The position numbers and the translations under genes are program-made. From Tubulanus polymorphus (Eukaryota; Animalia; Nemertea), in NCBI RefSeq assembly GCF_964204645.1, contig NC_134031.1, forward strand, positions 13,937,807 to 14,001,806: a DNA stretch of 64,000 nt, written 5' to 3'. The notes below the pieces were generated by a model, which saw only the letters and a list, made by a program, of their open reading frames with translations, made no database searches and had not been told where the DNA came from. Positions 1 to 12,673 of this stretch are shown here, in pieces (position 1 is the stretch's first letter; each line of letters begins with the position of its first letter).

Positions 1-1653
1 TTGCCAAAAATGCCCCGAACCCGATCGGCTACTTCTTGGTGGAGAACCCATTCTGTCGCAATAGCCTGACCTCGACGAGACAGAGCATCGGCCATCACGT
101 TCCTTTTCCCTGCTAAATGTGCCACAGTCAGGGACACGCCCTTTGTCTGGCACCAAAGAAGAATTTTGGCCGACAGACCTGTGAGGGTTTCTGAGTGAGT
201 GCCCCCTTGGTTCTGAAGGTAAGCCCTCACTGTTGAATTGTCTGTGGCTAACCAAACGTGGTGGCCCTCCACTCTCCTGTGAAAGAACTTCAGGGCCTTC
301 CACACGGCCAGCATTTCTAGGAAATTTATGTGGTTGGTGGCCTCGTAGCGAGACCATTTCCCGGCTTTGACTCGGTTCTCCAGATGTGCCCCCCAACCTT
401 GGTGACTGGCATCCGTGAATACACGAACTGGAGCCTCTAACGGGGCTAGTGACACCCCGAGCCGAAGATTCGTAGTGGCCGCCCACCACTGAAGATCCGG
501 ACTTAGATCGGTTGGAGGTACGGGAATCAAGGCCTCCCAGTTGCCCTTCGACTGAGACCAGAAGACCTTCCAATATTGTTGCAAGCGCCTGCTTCTGAGG
601 CGGCCTAAGGGCACCACCAGACCCATGGAGCTGATGGAGCCTAGAAGCCGTGACCAGTAACGAGCTGTTCTCGGGGTTGTGGACACTCCCGCTACAGCTT
701 CTTGAAGTTTGGCCACTCGAAACCATAGACGGAAAGACTTTGGCGATTCGGAGATCGAAGTCCATGCCGAGATAAGTGAACTGTTGGGCCGGCGTCAACT
801 GAGATTTTTCCCTGTTTACGCGGAACCCTAGCTGATGGACTAAGTCCAAGACTGAGGTCATTACCTCCCGACATTCCTGAGCCGAATTCGCGACTATTAA
901 CCAGTCGTCGAGGTAAACGAACAGTCGAACACCCCTTGACTGAAGTACCTTCTGAACTGACTTGACCAACTTGGTGAAAACCCACGGGGCCGTACTGAGG
1001 CCAAATGGAAGAGACCTGAATTGGAACGGGCGGCCTTTCCACTTTATCCTGTGAAATCGCCGAGATTTTGGGTGAATTGGAACCTGAAAGTAAGCATCTT
1101 TCAGGTCCAATGAAGCCGCCCATTGACCCGGACGGAGCCCTTGAATCACGTCCTTGGGCTTGGTCATCCTGAACCTTGGAATGTCTAGGTGCCGATTGAG
1201 GGATGACAGATCTATCACTGTCCGTTGACCCCCTGTGGCCTTTGGTACCATGAATATTCGAGAAAACCAGCCGGGAGAAGTTTCGTTGCAAACTGGTTCT
1301 ATCGCTCCCTTCTCTGCCAGTTCCTTGAGAGCCGGAGAGATTAAGGCCTCCTGACCTGGTTTTGGCCGCATGTCGGGAGGTGACCTCATCAGGCGCGGTC
1401 GCCTTAGGAAACGGAGACGGTAGCCCCGAGAGACGACCCGGGAGGGCCAACCGTCTCCAAAGAGGTCGGACCAGTGGGTTGCTGCCTGCTGCAGACAACC
1501 TCCCACTGGTCCCAAGAATTCATTTCGAGTTTTTCCGAAAGGAAGAGCCCCTTTTTGGAGCCTTCCCCTTGCCTCGATACGAACCGGAACTGTTACGACC
1601 GGACGAGGCTTGACACGATTGTTGAAGTTGCGCGCTAGTTCTCCAACCGGCAT
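1..1653 (-). pseudogene. DIRS ORF2 reverse transcriptase/RNase H, partial, with a 1-nt frameshift near 720
   Basis: Manual translation: ATG at 1653, then VGGCLQ..., FQFRSLPFGLSTAPWVFTK, VYLDDWL (918-898), FTYLGM. The frame shifts near 720-724 into RVAKLQ...LQWW...FTDASHQGWGAHL...HLAGKRNVMADALSR...ATEWVL and runs off the window. Confidence 0.88.
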
Positions 1654-3775
1654 CCGAAGCCGCCTGAGAAAGCGCTGAAGTTTGAGATGGTCCTGTTTGC
1701 GTCCGTGCCGAACCTTGCGCCGCCGGCGTCGGACCAGAACGCTTTTTCCACGGAGTTCGGGGGTTGGACTTGGCCTGAACCTCCCGAATCTTCCTCAGCT
1801 CTGCGGAAACCGGAGCGCACCAACCGGAGAAGAGACGTGAAGACGTCCCCAATGGGGCTCTCAGCAAAGCATTGGACACCATATCCGGTAGACGAGTTTT
1901 GGCACTGGAGTCCATCACTGACTGACGGGAGGCTAACACCAGATTAGCCTGACCCCGAACCGACAACGGAATTACATGCGAAACAGACCGAGCCAAAGAT
2001 TGGATAATCCGGTCCATTCCCTCCAGTTTTAGGGCAACTGACTCTGGGTCGGAGCCCGCATGAACGGCGGCGTGAGTCTCGCGAAGCTCACCCGTCAACA
2101 CCTTAAGTGCCATATCTTGAAACGAACCAACCCTGGTAAGATTGTCCAGGATTGACGTCATGGCCACCAAACCGGACTTAGGCAAACGAATACCCGACTG
2201 TGCTGTAACGGTATCCGGGCTGATCAAAGTATAATCAGCATCCAGGCAGTTATGACTGTGATCCACAGCACCTGGAGTTGCGTAATACGCCGAGCGAAAT
2301 GCGCCTATAGGTGGATCGGTTGAACTAAAATATTTCCCAGATTTCATACCCCGTTCTGGAGGGGGAAATGAAAAAGTTCCAGGCCGACATTCACCCCATA
2401 ATTGCGTATCCAATCGAGCCCATTCTCTCGAAACCGCTGACGATTCCCGTAAAACGTTAAGATCGGAGTCCGGAGGGCGATAAGCTTCCATTGACTCACC
2501 GACCAGAGGAGCTGCTGTGGGCTTAGCGCGAGTTGCCCCGTGCTTGACAAAGAACTCACTTATCATCGCTCTAAATGGCATGTCCCCCGCTGGTTCGGAT
2601 AAAACTGAACGGGACGGAGATACATTGCGAGCCAGGGAAGCCCCCATCGTCTGGGGCAACCCACAATTGCTTGCGACAGGAACGACCCCAGAAGGAATTG
2701 CCGCCTCTGGGACCGGATCCTCATTGAAATCAGACCCTACCGCAGCATCCAGGAATTCAGAGTCAGAATTCCGAAAAACTGAGTGGGCTGGCGAACTTCT
2801 AACCGGACAATCAGGAATAGGCTTACCTGTTGTAGAAGTTGCAGCGACTTGTTGCGACGAAGATAACAAGTTTAAAATTTTCTCCTCAAATACATGGAAA
2901 TCCTTCATACATGGAGTCAGGTATTTTCCAGTATCCCGACGATCATGCCGACTTCGGTGACGGTCCCTCGAACGGGATCGCGACCTACTAGAAGAATCGC
3001 TTTCATCGCTAACCGACGTCGACGAACGATGAGAAGACCGACGGCGAAACTTCCGACAATAACGATCGTAGTCCCTCTCGCGATCAAACCTTGATCTGCG
3101 AGAAGGAGATCTTGCTCGTTTATTACGCTCACGGCGTCTAAATCTAGTGGGAGAGCGAGCTCTATCCCCGGAGCGACGATCAGAATCAGACGATGAACGT
3201 ACCGGATGTTTTGAACCGGACGACGTCTGGACCGGACCGGTGGCCGAACCGGACCGAACCGGACCGATGCCCGACCCGGACCGGACCGGTACCGACCGAA
3301 CCGGTGCGGGCCGTTCGCGACTACCGCGGCGCGTGCTCGGTTCCGAACATGTAGTCTGAACCGGCCGAACCGGCCGAACCGGTGAACGACCAGAGACCGG
3401 TGAATGACCGGAGACCGGTGCCGGTGAACCAGCGTTCCTCCCCGGTGAACGGAGTTGGGAAGCCGATCGTACCTGAACGACCGGCGACCGCTCCGCTTTA
3501 CGATAAGAAACAGGATTAGAAACGTCGGTTGGCACATCGGCCGAAACCGACGAATCCCTGCTAACTCGACGACGATCTCTTAGTTAAAGAGCCTTATCGG
3601 CCCGAAGCCAAAGGTCCTCGGACCACACGACGCAAATATTGCAAGGATTGCTCCTTGCACATATTTGACCGGATTTGCGCCTGCACGACGCACATGAATC
3701 GTGGTTGTCCCAGGCGCCAAACAAATGCCCGCATCCCTCCCCGCCACGATGCTGACCCTTAGGAGGGGGTGGCAT
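1520..3775 (-). pseudogene. DIRS ORF1 gag-like protein (Cys/His-rich N-terminus, RS-rich middle) with an in-frame TAA at 3584-3586
   Basis: Track ORFs 3584..3796 and 1520..3535 are in the same frame, separated by one stop (ADKAL*LRDRRR). The N-terminus reads CGH...DNHDSCASC...C...C..C. Confidence 0.8.
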
Positions 3776-4295
3776 AATTATCCTGTTACAAATCAAAACA
3801 ATTCAATTCAATTCAATCAAATTATATTTGTAAATAAAATTCTTACGGAAAAAAAGAAATCAGGGATAACCCCCAAACCGAACGGACTCACCGTTACGAG
3901 AGTGAAAACTCCCTAATATCCTAATTCCCAGATTTTTACGGCGAAAAAATCCAACGCGTTCTACTGCGAGAACGCCAAGAAAAAAGATGGCGGATTTCGC
4001 CGGTGGCTAAATGCAATACCGCAGGGCCGGGTCGTATAGAAAAACCATTGGCGATAAATCCAAATTTAGAAAATATTGGCAAAAACCATAGGAAAGGGTA
4101 CAGTACTCGACGGAAATATGAAGAAATTAAGAATTCTTTTCAGGAACACTGGATTCAAAACCATAAAACATAGCTAGACAACGGACCATTATCAGGGTAT
4201 TCTCCATAAGTTAGGTGGGTTGTGGTCCCAGGCTACATATTGGTATCAAATATATCAAACAGATTCACATTTATCTTGATTATTTTGTCACTTAC

Positions 4296-4492
4296 TGTTG
4301 AACTTGATGGCTGCAGTTCGCACTGGTTAAATCGACGATAAGTTTCAGTTTACTCGACGCATGTTCCACATATTGCCGTTTGAATTGACGTTCTTTCGCC
4401 TTTTTTGTCCACGTCAGACGTTCATAAACATATAATAATCCGTATATCGTTCCACAGACAGCTATCACTCGCCACCCAGCTGCCTTCGCCAC
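4296..4492 (-). CDS. Mfn: Mitofusin exon (TM region, [23 protein letters not shown])
   Basis: Conserved mitofusin motifs; ttttag acceptor and CA|gtaag donor. Downstream HR2 exons are outside the window. Confidence 0.95.
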
Positions 4493-5355
4493 CTAAAACC
4501 AGCATTTAACAGTTAACAACTGACTTAGATGTACTTCAATATATTATCTTATAACTAAGATAAGTATGTTGAATTTCGTTGCCTTGTTCATTCAAATTAC
4601 CTTCTTTCACAATCAGTAACTGTCTTAATACATGTACTTCTGTTTGAAGTGATGAGTCTATGTCCATCTAACTTACAAATATTAACTATATTTTTCTAAT
4701 TGTCTTCGAGGTACTTTGTACCTTAGCATGTATTTTCTGTTTATATAATTATCTATAAACACTACATCACTTTTTCAATGATCCATCTTGAGTAGACCGA
4801 ACTTATTTTGGATTCTGTCTACCTATACATGAATACATGCAACGTATGATGCTAAATCCAGATTGATCTCTTTGATCCTAGATTATTGTAAATTACATTG
4901 TATACTTTGTACCGCATGTATTTACGCTTATAAAAAGCAATGAAGATGATTACCAGTATAGTGAACACTCCTTCAAGAATAACTCACTGAAGCCAATACT
5001 GCACCATTAAGGTAAGCCTGATACTGCTTGCCTCAGATGTAATTAATTGTTCCTATTAATTATGGACCAACTAATATTGGTGACTTGTCATAATGTTATT
5101 GTCCAGGGAGCAATTGTCCTGATAGGATGATGATAATGGTGTAGAGTGAGCAACTGGTCAGAGCAATAACACTGGGTTGCTTGATTTTAGGTTTGAACCC
5201 TACAAGGTAAGTATTGTTTTTATGTCCGAGCAAGATATTTCTTTCCCCTACCTTAATGACTCCAAGGAATCATGTACTATAACCCTGATATTAGTAGTTC
5301 ATTTCAGTTGGAGGCCTGGGGCAGGTGACAATACCAATATGTGAGTGCCATTGAT

Positions 5356-5482
5356 CAGGGGCCAGTAGCTCAAAAGTTGGTAAGAGTTGTGGGTAGTTGA
5401 AATAGTGACAATTGAAATTTCATCGTCACTATGGTATTTATCTGTCAGTTATCTACAACCAACTTCTGGGCAACTGGCCCAG
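5356..5482. mobile_element. Small MITE
   Basis: Imperfect TIRs ggggccagtagctcaaaagttgg / ccaacttctgggcaactggccc. Confidence 0.5.
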
Positions 5483-5579
5483 ATATCTACACTATTCAAG
5501 ATATTGGACCCTACTGAAAAATCAACATAATCATTTGTTTTAACGATCAGTTTACATGGTTTTATTTTTCTATATTTAC

Positions 5580-5732
5580 CAGACCAGACACAACCACCGC
5601 ACCAACTGTACTACGGGATGTTAATGAGGCGAATGTTGTCAGCAATGCCATCATTATTTCATTGTCTTGGTTGTCGATCGTTCGTGTTTCGTTGCTTGGC
5701 GTCTGAGGGGTCATTGGTACCGGACGAGGTAT
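5580..5732 (-). CDS. Mfn: Mitofusin exon (IPRPVPMTPQTP...SLTSRSTVGAVVVSGL)
   Basis: AG/GT boundaries, phase 0-0, SLTSR motif preceding the TM segment. Confidence 0.93.
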
Positions 5733-6117
5733 CTTAAAAAAAAAAAGAAACAAAATTCTTAATATGGACTTCCCTAAATTTACATCGTGGTGCACGTTTT
5801 ATACATCAAAATTAAATGGGTGAGTAACTGTTCGAGTCTAAAGCATTTAGAAGTTATCAAGATTTCAAGGCCTATTCGTTTAAGATTCGTTTCAAAACTT
5901 AGAATATGCGCATTTGCTGTGTTAACCACGGTGGCGCAAAGTTGCTAGAATCATTTGCAGCTTGTCATATACAAGTGTACGTAGCTAGCAGTAGTGGATA
6001 GATCAATACACTATACATGTGTAGCAACAAGTTAGTGTGAAGAATGCATGTGTGAAGCAAGAACATATGCCCTATTTAACAACTGCGTGTTCTTCTGAAT
6101 AGAAATGTAGATCCAAC

Positions 6118-6660
6118 AACAAAATAAAGGACCATGGGTCCAGTAGGATCAACTGAGTACATTTTAGTTTTGAGCAAAAAAATCGATTTGTTCTTGGATT
6201 TGCAATGACGTATAAACAGCTGATTAAGATGAAATAATCGTAGACTGTGTAGAGATCATGTTCAACTTAGATGATATACATGGTAATGGGTTTTCCCTAT
6301 GAGGCACAAGTACATAGTAGAACAGGTCTTGATAATGATGTCACTGGGAAAGCCCTTCTAGAGGGATTTCCAAGTGATTCCGTTCTGAAGGGCTTTCCCT
6401 GTGATGTCCGGAAACAAGGTCAAGGATTGATTCATAGAATGGGAAAAATTCAGTGAAGTTTTGCAAATTTTCTCCCAGCACTTCCAAATGGCTTAGAGCT
6501 GATGGACGAACCTTGCCATATCAATGCCAACACCTATGTCCTTCCTAATGACAAAATATCAGTTGTGCATATCCATTGGTTACAATTTGTGCCACCAAGA
6601 GCTAACAGAAAGTTACTCTCAGAACTATTCTATAAGGATCAACACAGTTGATCCTAACAA
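6118..6660 (+). mobile_element. Helentron/HINE-like non-autonomous element, family A copy 1
   Basis: Clear similarity to 11131-11671; subterminal inverted repeat taggatcaactg/cagttgatccta; 3' hairpin ggatcaac..gttgatcc. Confidence 0.65.
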
Positions 6661-7725
6661 GAGCCCCAAGGGGCACTATGGCCAGCCTGTCAGCTTTTCA
6701 TAAAAAGGCAAATGATGATGCATTCTGTGGGTTAAATTTGTCAAAATACACTCCCAGCTCAGAGTCAATACCTAATAATTTACACAATACAATCGTAGAA
6801 TACAAAAGTAGCACAGACAACAACTGGATCTGGTAGGAACAAATACCTCAGATAAATCTTTTCCATTGGTCTTGTTGATTTTAATGCGGAATAGAATTAA
6901 TTTTTTTGAAATTTCCTCAATAAAACAAAATTTAATTGGATTTGATGTTTAACCTTGTTCAATAAAGTAAAGTAGTTTGAGCACATGGCTAATTAGCATA
7001 TCAAGGTGATCTATCCGATTTAAGAAAAAGCTATTTTCCCCGGACTTTGCACAATGGTCAATGATATTTTCTGCAGTGCTAATAAAAGTATTCCTCCCAA
7101 AAACCAAATCAACTAAAGCTTTCACAGAAATCGATCTTGAAATACAATTTTAGATCTTAAATTAAACCCGGAAGTGAAACGGTAGACGATACCGCGGGTT
7201 CACGTGAACACCTGCTGATTTCAGCGGCTAAGCCAATCATAGAGGAGTCTTTGCTTTCTGATTGGCTTCGAGAATGGATAATGCTTTAATAAAGGATTTG
7301 TATGAATATATGCTCAGTTGCACAGTCGAAGAGCCTTTGCTCTGGAAATCATGTCATTTAAATTTGCTCCATTTGTATAGTTATAGGCTCAGCCTACGGC
7401 TGGCCTAAAAAATTGATCAACAGTTGAAGCCTCTAGGCTGCTAACGTTGTTTTTCAGGTCAGCACCCTGGTAGCCATATTTGAATTGAATCGACCCCATT
7501 TCAAATAGGGGTTTGGCCAAACTGATACCCTACTTGTGTTCCAAGTTTGGAATAAATCGCTCAACAATTGCAGCCCCTAGGCTGTTAACGTCGTTTTTCA
7601 TGTCGGCCTCCTGGTGGCCATAATTTGAATCGAACCGACCCAATGTTTAATACTTGCGGCGGCAGCAGACAGGGGTAAATCTATATGCCCCCTCTCAACT
7701 TAAGTTGAGCCGGGGGCATAAAAAT
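6656..7725 (+). mobile_element. Adjacent Helentron/HINE-like elements
   Basis: Starts aacaagagccccaagggg; subterminal ggccagcc/ggctggcc with a 3' hairpin ending ~7412; a second terminal hairpin tgccccc..gggggca followed by an A-run at ~7686-7725. Confidence 0.5.
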
Positions 7726-9072
7726 CTATGATAAAGTTTATTTCGTTCAAAATAAAAAGTGCCCAAGGGTCCCGAGGCCACAGCCTTATGAAATGCAGAG
7801 ATGAGATGATTTGACGAAGTTCAAAATATGTCAGTAAACGATATAGGGATGCGACTTGAAATGTACAAGTAGATTCGACCCGGTTAGAGGAATGATTCGT
7901 AGCAACTATATTGGCGAATCACGGAACCAATGAGAGCTGTGATACCGTACCAACCTATTAAGCGACAAATTCACAATAATCTAACACCACTTCCATTTAA
8001 AAACAACCGCAGCCGAGGGAAATCAGAGCTTCATGACGAAATGCAAGCAAAATGCTCATTCTAACCTAGCGCACAAGCCATTTCCAACAACAACGATACT
8101 TATATCTATATCTTAAACAATACTAGTTCAACTGTTTGGTGCTTTCTATATGCAAATAACTATTTCGATCTAACTGTAAAAATTAAAGGCTTTCAATGAC
8201 ATTATCTGCCAACCTCTCAAATTTAAAGGCTCCCACTGACTTTACCAGCACAAAACAAGAAATTAAGACCCCTATGGTGCCAACCCTTGGTGCGTGGTGC
8301 AAGGTGCCCGTTTACACCAAGTGATGTAGTCATCCGCATATTAATTCACCATTTAAATTAAATTTATCTGAACGAATTATCGATAAAATATTTAAAAATC
8401 TTTTTAATATTATTGTGATCAACTTCTATCACCATTCAACCCAATATAATGTGAAGTAATCTTGAATACAAAATTGCTGGATCTATTTTTGCAGCGTATT
8501 TAAGCCCATTAATCGGATCTTTCGTTAATTCAATGACTGTAAAAATGGTGTGCTTTGGTTCGCACTGAAAATACACGACACGATGCTGACATGCTCGTAA
8601 TAGCTCTCTCGTTCCTTGAGAGCTAATCAATTGATGTCGATTCTGGATTTGGTAAAGAGTCATTCATGTCTTGTTTATTATGTCAAATCTCATGATTGCC
8701 ATTTCGTAATACTGCCACATTCGTTATACCGCCAAAATTTTGACAGTCTTGGGGCAGGCGTTATAACAAGCTTTGACTGTAGTTTCATTTTCAATTACTT
8801 TTGAAATGAATTTTCAGGCTCCCTTTATCTAAAAACTACGACATGATCCACCATCGTCGTAGAAAAATGAGATTTAGCAGTCAATAGCGGCATACTCTAA
8901 ATCAATTACCTGAAACATATTTGATGCAATTATCACTAGGTGTAATCTAAGTCGAATACCTCAAGAACGGGATATACCGGCCTGGGTACCTTTTAGTTTT
9001 CACCAAAATGGGGATAAATGCTCATGATATCGGGCAAAACATTGACCTGGATAAATGAATGGGTCATCTTAC

Positions 9073-9293
9073 CACATCGCTATAACCCATCAGCACGGTG
9101 CGAGCTCCTTTTGGGCCAAGAAAACGATTGATCATCGACGTCACTCCGAGCGAGAATCGGAACTCAATATCCTCGCGAAAATCACCGCATAAATTGCGAC
9201 AATCGAGACGGTATGAAACTTCGAAATCACCCGCCGGCATCAGACCGGTGATCTGTTGCTTTTGTTCCTCAGGCAGCAGCGCGAGCAGACGTT
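9073..9293 (-). CDS. Mfn: Mitofusin exon (RLLALLP...YRLDCRNLCGDFREDIEFRFSLG)
   Basis: Conserved LC.DF.EDI.F.FSLG motif; phase 1-0; AG/GT boundaries. Confidence 0.95.
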
Positions 9294-9601
9294 CTGTCGG
9301 AAATGAAGAGAGAAAATAATAATCATTAGGCCTAAGCCATTCTTACTAGTCAATTACAAGAAGATACAGTCTAAAAACCCAATGAGCACATCAGCGCCTA
9401 AAAACCATCAACCGCAAAACAACAAATGAACTTTAGCAAAACTTTGTTCAGGCAACCACAGTTTTCATGAATTGTTTGTTATTTACAAGCGTTACCTCTA
9501 CTGTAAGGAAAAGCTCCAGTGGTTTCAATGTTTTTCAATGCTGTGCCTGCATTGGGCTGAAAGACTAGCATGTGGTTTTAGAGATCCACGAGTTGAATTA
9601 A

Positions 9602-10072
9602 CCCATTAGCACTCAGAAATTTCACTATTTAGTGTCAATTACTCCACTGAAAATTCAAGGGAACATCTAAATTTATCACGATACTGAATAGCTCATTTGC
9701 TATTTATTGTCATGCATTACAAGTTTGTGTTATTGTGTAGTAGATAGTGGAGGCTTTCATATGATATAATAAGATTTGATGAGGTGGGCTACCAGAAGCG
9801 TGTCCTTTTGGCCCCCGAAATTCATCCAAACTTACTTTAATTTAAAGTGAGCGCTCAGATCTTTCGTGTTCATACTCCTTATACTCGGGAATTTGAAATA
9901 GGAAGATGTCGATTTCTGTACAGTATTTTGAGGACTTGGGCGTCTAGATTATCATAAGCTATTGGGTTTGAATCCCACTATAACCGTTATTGTGCAGCAT
10001 ACGAAAAAAGTGTCAGGGCTGATTTAGGCAGCTTGAGGAGTAATAGGCAGTGCAAATACGGGTGCTAATGGT
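9602..10072. mobile_element. piggyBac-type MITE
   Basis: TTAA on both sides; TIR cccattagcac / gtgctaatgg. Confidence 0.6.
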
Positions 10073-10983
10073 TTAATCAGTATTCTTGCTCAAGAGTAAT
10101 AATGCTCTAGTAATAGATTTTACCAGAACTCGCACTAATAATTGAACTTATTGATTGCATCTTAGATATCAAATAATTTATCATGAGGGTTGATCATTGC
10201 ACAAAAAAACATTTAGAATCATTTCATAGATAAAGATTTCCATATTCTATAACTTAAGAAATACATGCAACACATAGCGCACCAGCAGTCCATGCAGATT
10301 GCAAGTCATTTTGATATATAAAACTAAACCACAGTCAATCAAAAAACTCAAAATAACCATTCATTAATTTAATCATTTTTAAATCAATTAAATGTTTTCT
10401 ACTAATTTTTTTATAGCCCACCGTGCTAAAAGACCACCACATTATTTCATATAACCTCAACAAGAAACCAAGTTCAGGGAATGAACAGCATGTCAGAAAG
10501 AGACATTTGAGTAAAAGCAATATATTTAGGACCCTCTTTTTGACATGCTTTATCAAATTAGTGGTGATGGTGGCTGATGCTTCATTTCAGCACTAACAAA
10601 TACACTCATCTAAGTCTATTATTTGGATGGTTATGAAATTTATTCATGTCATTTGGCACAATATAAATTAGCCTTCATCACTGGATTCTGAATTGTAAAA
10701 ACAAGTGTGCAGTAGACTATGCTGATTGCCTCCATTTTTCCATGTGCCTCGGAAAACAATGTTAAGAATTTTGTTGTTCCACTTTCATTGTTGATCATCT
10801 ATCCCTGCTCAGAGAATTTATTAGTCCCATGAGATCTAAGGCATGTAGAGTCTACAGGACATGCAACATATATGTAGTTTACTGTTATGGTGTCTAGAAA
10901 TGTGTTGTAACGACCGTCACACAGACACGCATGATGAATTCCCGAGACATTTTCAAATAATGAATTTTAACTTTCAATCTGAC

Positions 10984-11086
10984 CTGTCATATCTTGTTTG
11001 GTGTTTTGAATTGCTTGGATCAAAGCGGCTGAACATCGATGCTGTAAATTGCGGCCTAAACCCTGCTCTACATGAGCATGCAGTTC
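10984..11086 (-). CDS. Mfn: Mitofusin alternative exon B, 103 nt (ELHAHVEQGLGRNLQHRCSAALIQAIQNTKQDMT)
   Basis: ctatag acceptor and G|gtcag donor; phase 0-1; resembles the vertebrate MFN2 segment ELHRHIEEGLGRN..RCS (recalled, not searched). Confidence 0.93.
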
Positions 11087-11130
11087 CTATAGAAGTGTGT
11101 CGAAAAACAGAAATGAAAACAAAGAGCAAA

Positions 11131-11671
11131 AACAATAAAGGACCATGGGTCCAGTAGGATCAACTGAGCACATTTTAGTTTTGAGCACAACAATCGATTT
11201 GTTCTTGGATTTGCAATGATGTATAAACAGCTGATAAAGATGAAATCATGGTGCACTATGTAGCAAGCATGTTCAACTATGTTGATATACATGGTAATGG
11301 GTTTTCCCTATGAGTCACAAGTACATGGTAGAGTAAGTTCTTAATAATGTCACTGGGAAAGCCCTTCTAGAGGGATTTCCAAGTGATGCCCTATGTGAAG
11401 GGCTTTCCCTGCGTTGTCATGAAACTAGGTCAAGCATCCATTAGTAGAATGGGGGAAAATTCATTGAAATTATGCAAATTTTCTCTCAGCACCTCCAAAT
11501 GGCTTAGAGCTGATGGACAAAACTTGCCATATCAATTCCACCACCTATTTCCCTCCTAATGACAAAATATCAGCTGTTTATATTCAGTGGTTACAATTTG
11601 TGCCACCAAGAGCTAACAGAAAGTTACTCTCAGAACCATTCTATTAGGATCAACACAGTTGATCCTAACAA
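11131..11671 (+). mobile_element. Helentron/HINE-like element, family A copy 2
   Basis: Direct-orientation copy of 6118-6660 with the same termini. Confidence 0.65.
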
Positions 11672-11831
11672 CATTCACTCACAGTGGATGGCAAGAAAGA
11701 AAGCTGGCTTTGGGAGTCATTTTCAGAACAGTGTTCATCAATTTGAACGACATACTATTGTAGACTCATCTTATGCAGGTATCAATCTAAATGCCTGGCC
11801 ATATGCTTAACATTGCTCATCAATGCCGTAC

Positions 11832-12673
11832 CAGGGGCAGATTTATGGGTGGTTTAAGGGGTCCAGAACCCTGCCTTCTCATAGAGGTTACCCTATCTGC
11901 TATGTCTCCGTAAATTTGACATTAATCCTCTTGGAAATTGCATATTTTGAGAGTGGAACCTCGCTCATGGTTTCAACATGGCTGATTTAGGCCTACCATA
12001 TTTTCCGGCCAATAAGCCGATTTTCTAGCCTCAGATTTTTACCCAAAATATCGTGATCGGCTTATTGGGCGATACGATCTGACATAAAAAATCACTTCCC
12101 GATCTATGCCACTCTAATGCTCTCAATGATCGTCAAAATCAAGAAAAGTGGTCGATATTTATTTGAGGTCATTATTTACTACTAATTATAATCTATTTTG
12201 AACTATTTTATTTTTACTTTGATTGTTCCATCACCGCACAGCGGCAATGGTATACATTTATATAACGCGCGAGTTCATCATACTACCACGTGTCAGTTCA
12301 TACATTAGTATATATGCAAATCAGCAGTGAGCCGCGTACTGCATGTATGGCTGTGTGTATAGTAATCAGCTGAGTGAGTCTATATATAGCACAGTCACTC
12401 GGCGATGATAGTATACACAGCACTCTCACACATCGGCGGGCGCTACTGTCAGCCTCTTAAATCGTCAATTAAGACGAAATAATTGACAAATCAGTGAATT
12501 AAAATCTCTGATGAAGGGCCTCGGCTTATTGGGCGAAGCTTTATGAAATCCATGTATTTTAGGCTAAAAAACTGCCCTCGGCTTATTGGCCGGAAAATAC
12601 GGTATTTGCAAAATGCCCTTCCATTTATTCAAGACCCCCCCCCCCCCATCAATTTTTCCTAGATCCATCCCTG
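11832..12673. mobile_element. MITE (caggggcagatttatgg...cctagatccatccctg) hosting a nested MITE
   Basis: Imperfect terminal inverted repeats; no clear TSD. Confidence 0.5.
11996..12602. mobile_element. Tc1/mariner (pogo/Tigger-like) MITE
   Basis: TA flanks; TIR ccatattttccggccaataagccga / tcggcttattggccggaaaatacgg. Confidence 0.75.

Larger units (their letters stand above)
1..4250 (-). mobile_element. DIRS-like retrotransposon, 5' part; continues past the left edge; intronic in mitofusin
   Basis: Gag-like ORF1 followed by an overlapping RT/RNase H frame with DIRS-type motifs (DLKDAYF, LPFGLSTAP, YLDDWL, FTDAS..GWGAH, TDNSTV.AY...QGGT, NVMADALSR, ATEW). GC-rich relative to the host intron. 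The 5' boundary near 4250 is approximate. Confidence 0.88.

Noticed and set aside
2517-3537. Antisense and alternative-frame ORFs over DIRS ORF1
   Set aside because: Expected shadows of a GC-rich repetitive coding region.
9496-9556. Possible third alternative exon (61 nt, phase 0-1)
   Set aside because: Wrong length and no ELH..NL homology; probably chance splice-like dinucleotides.
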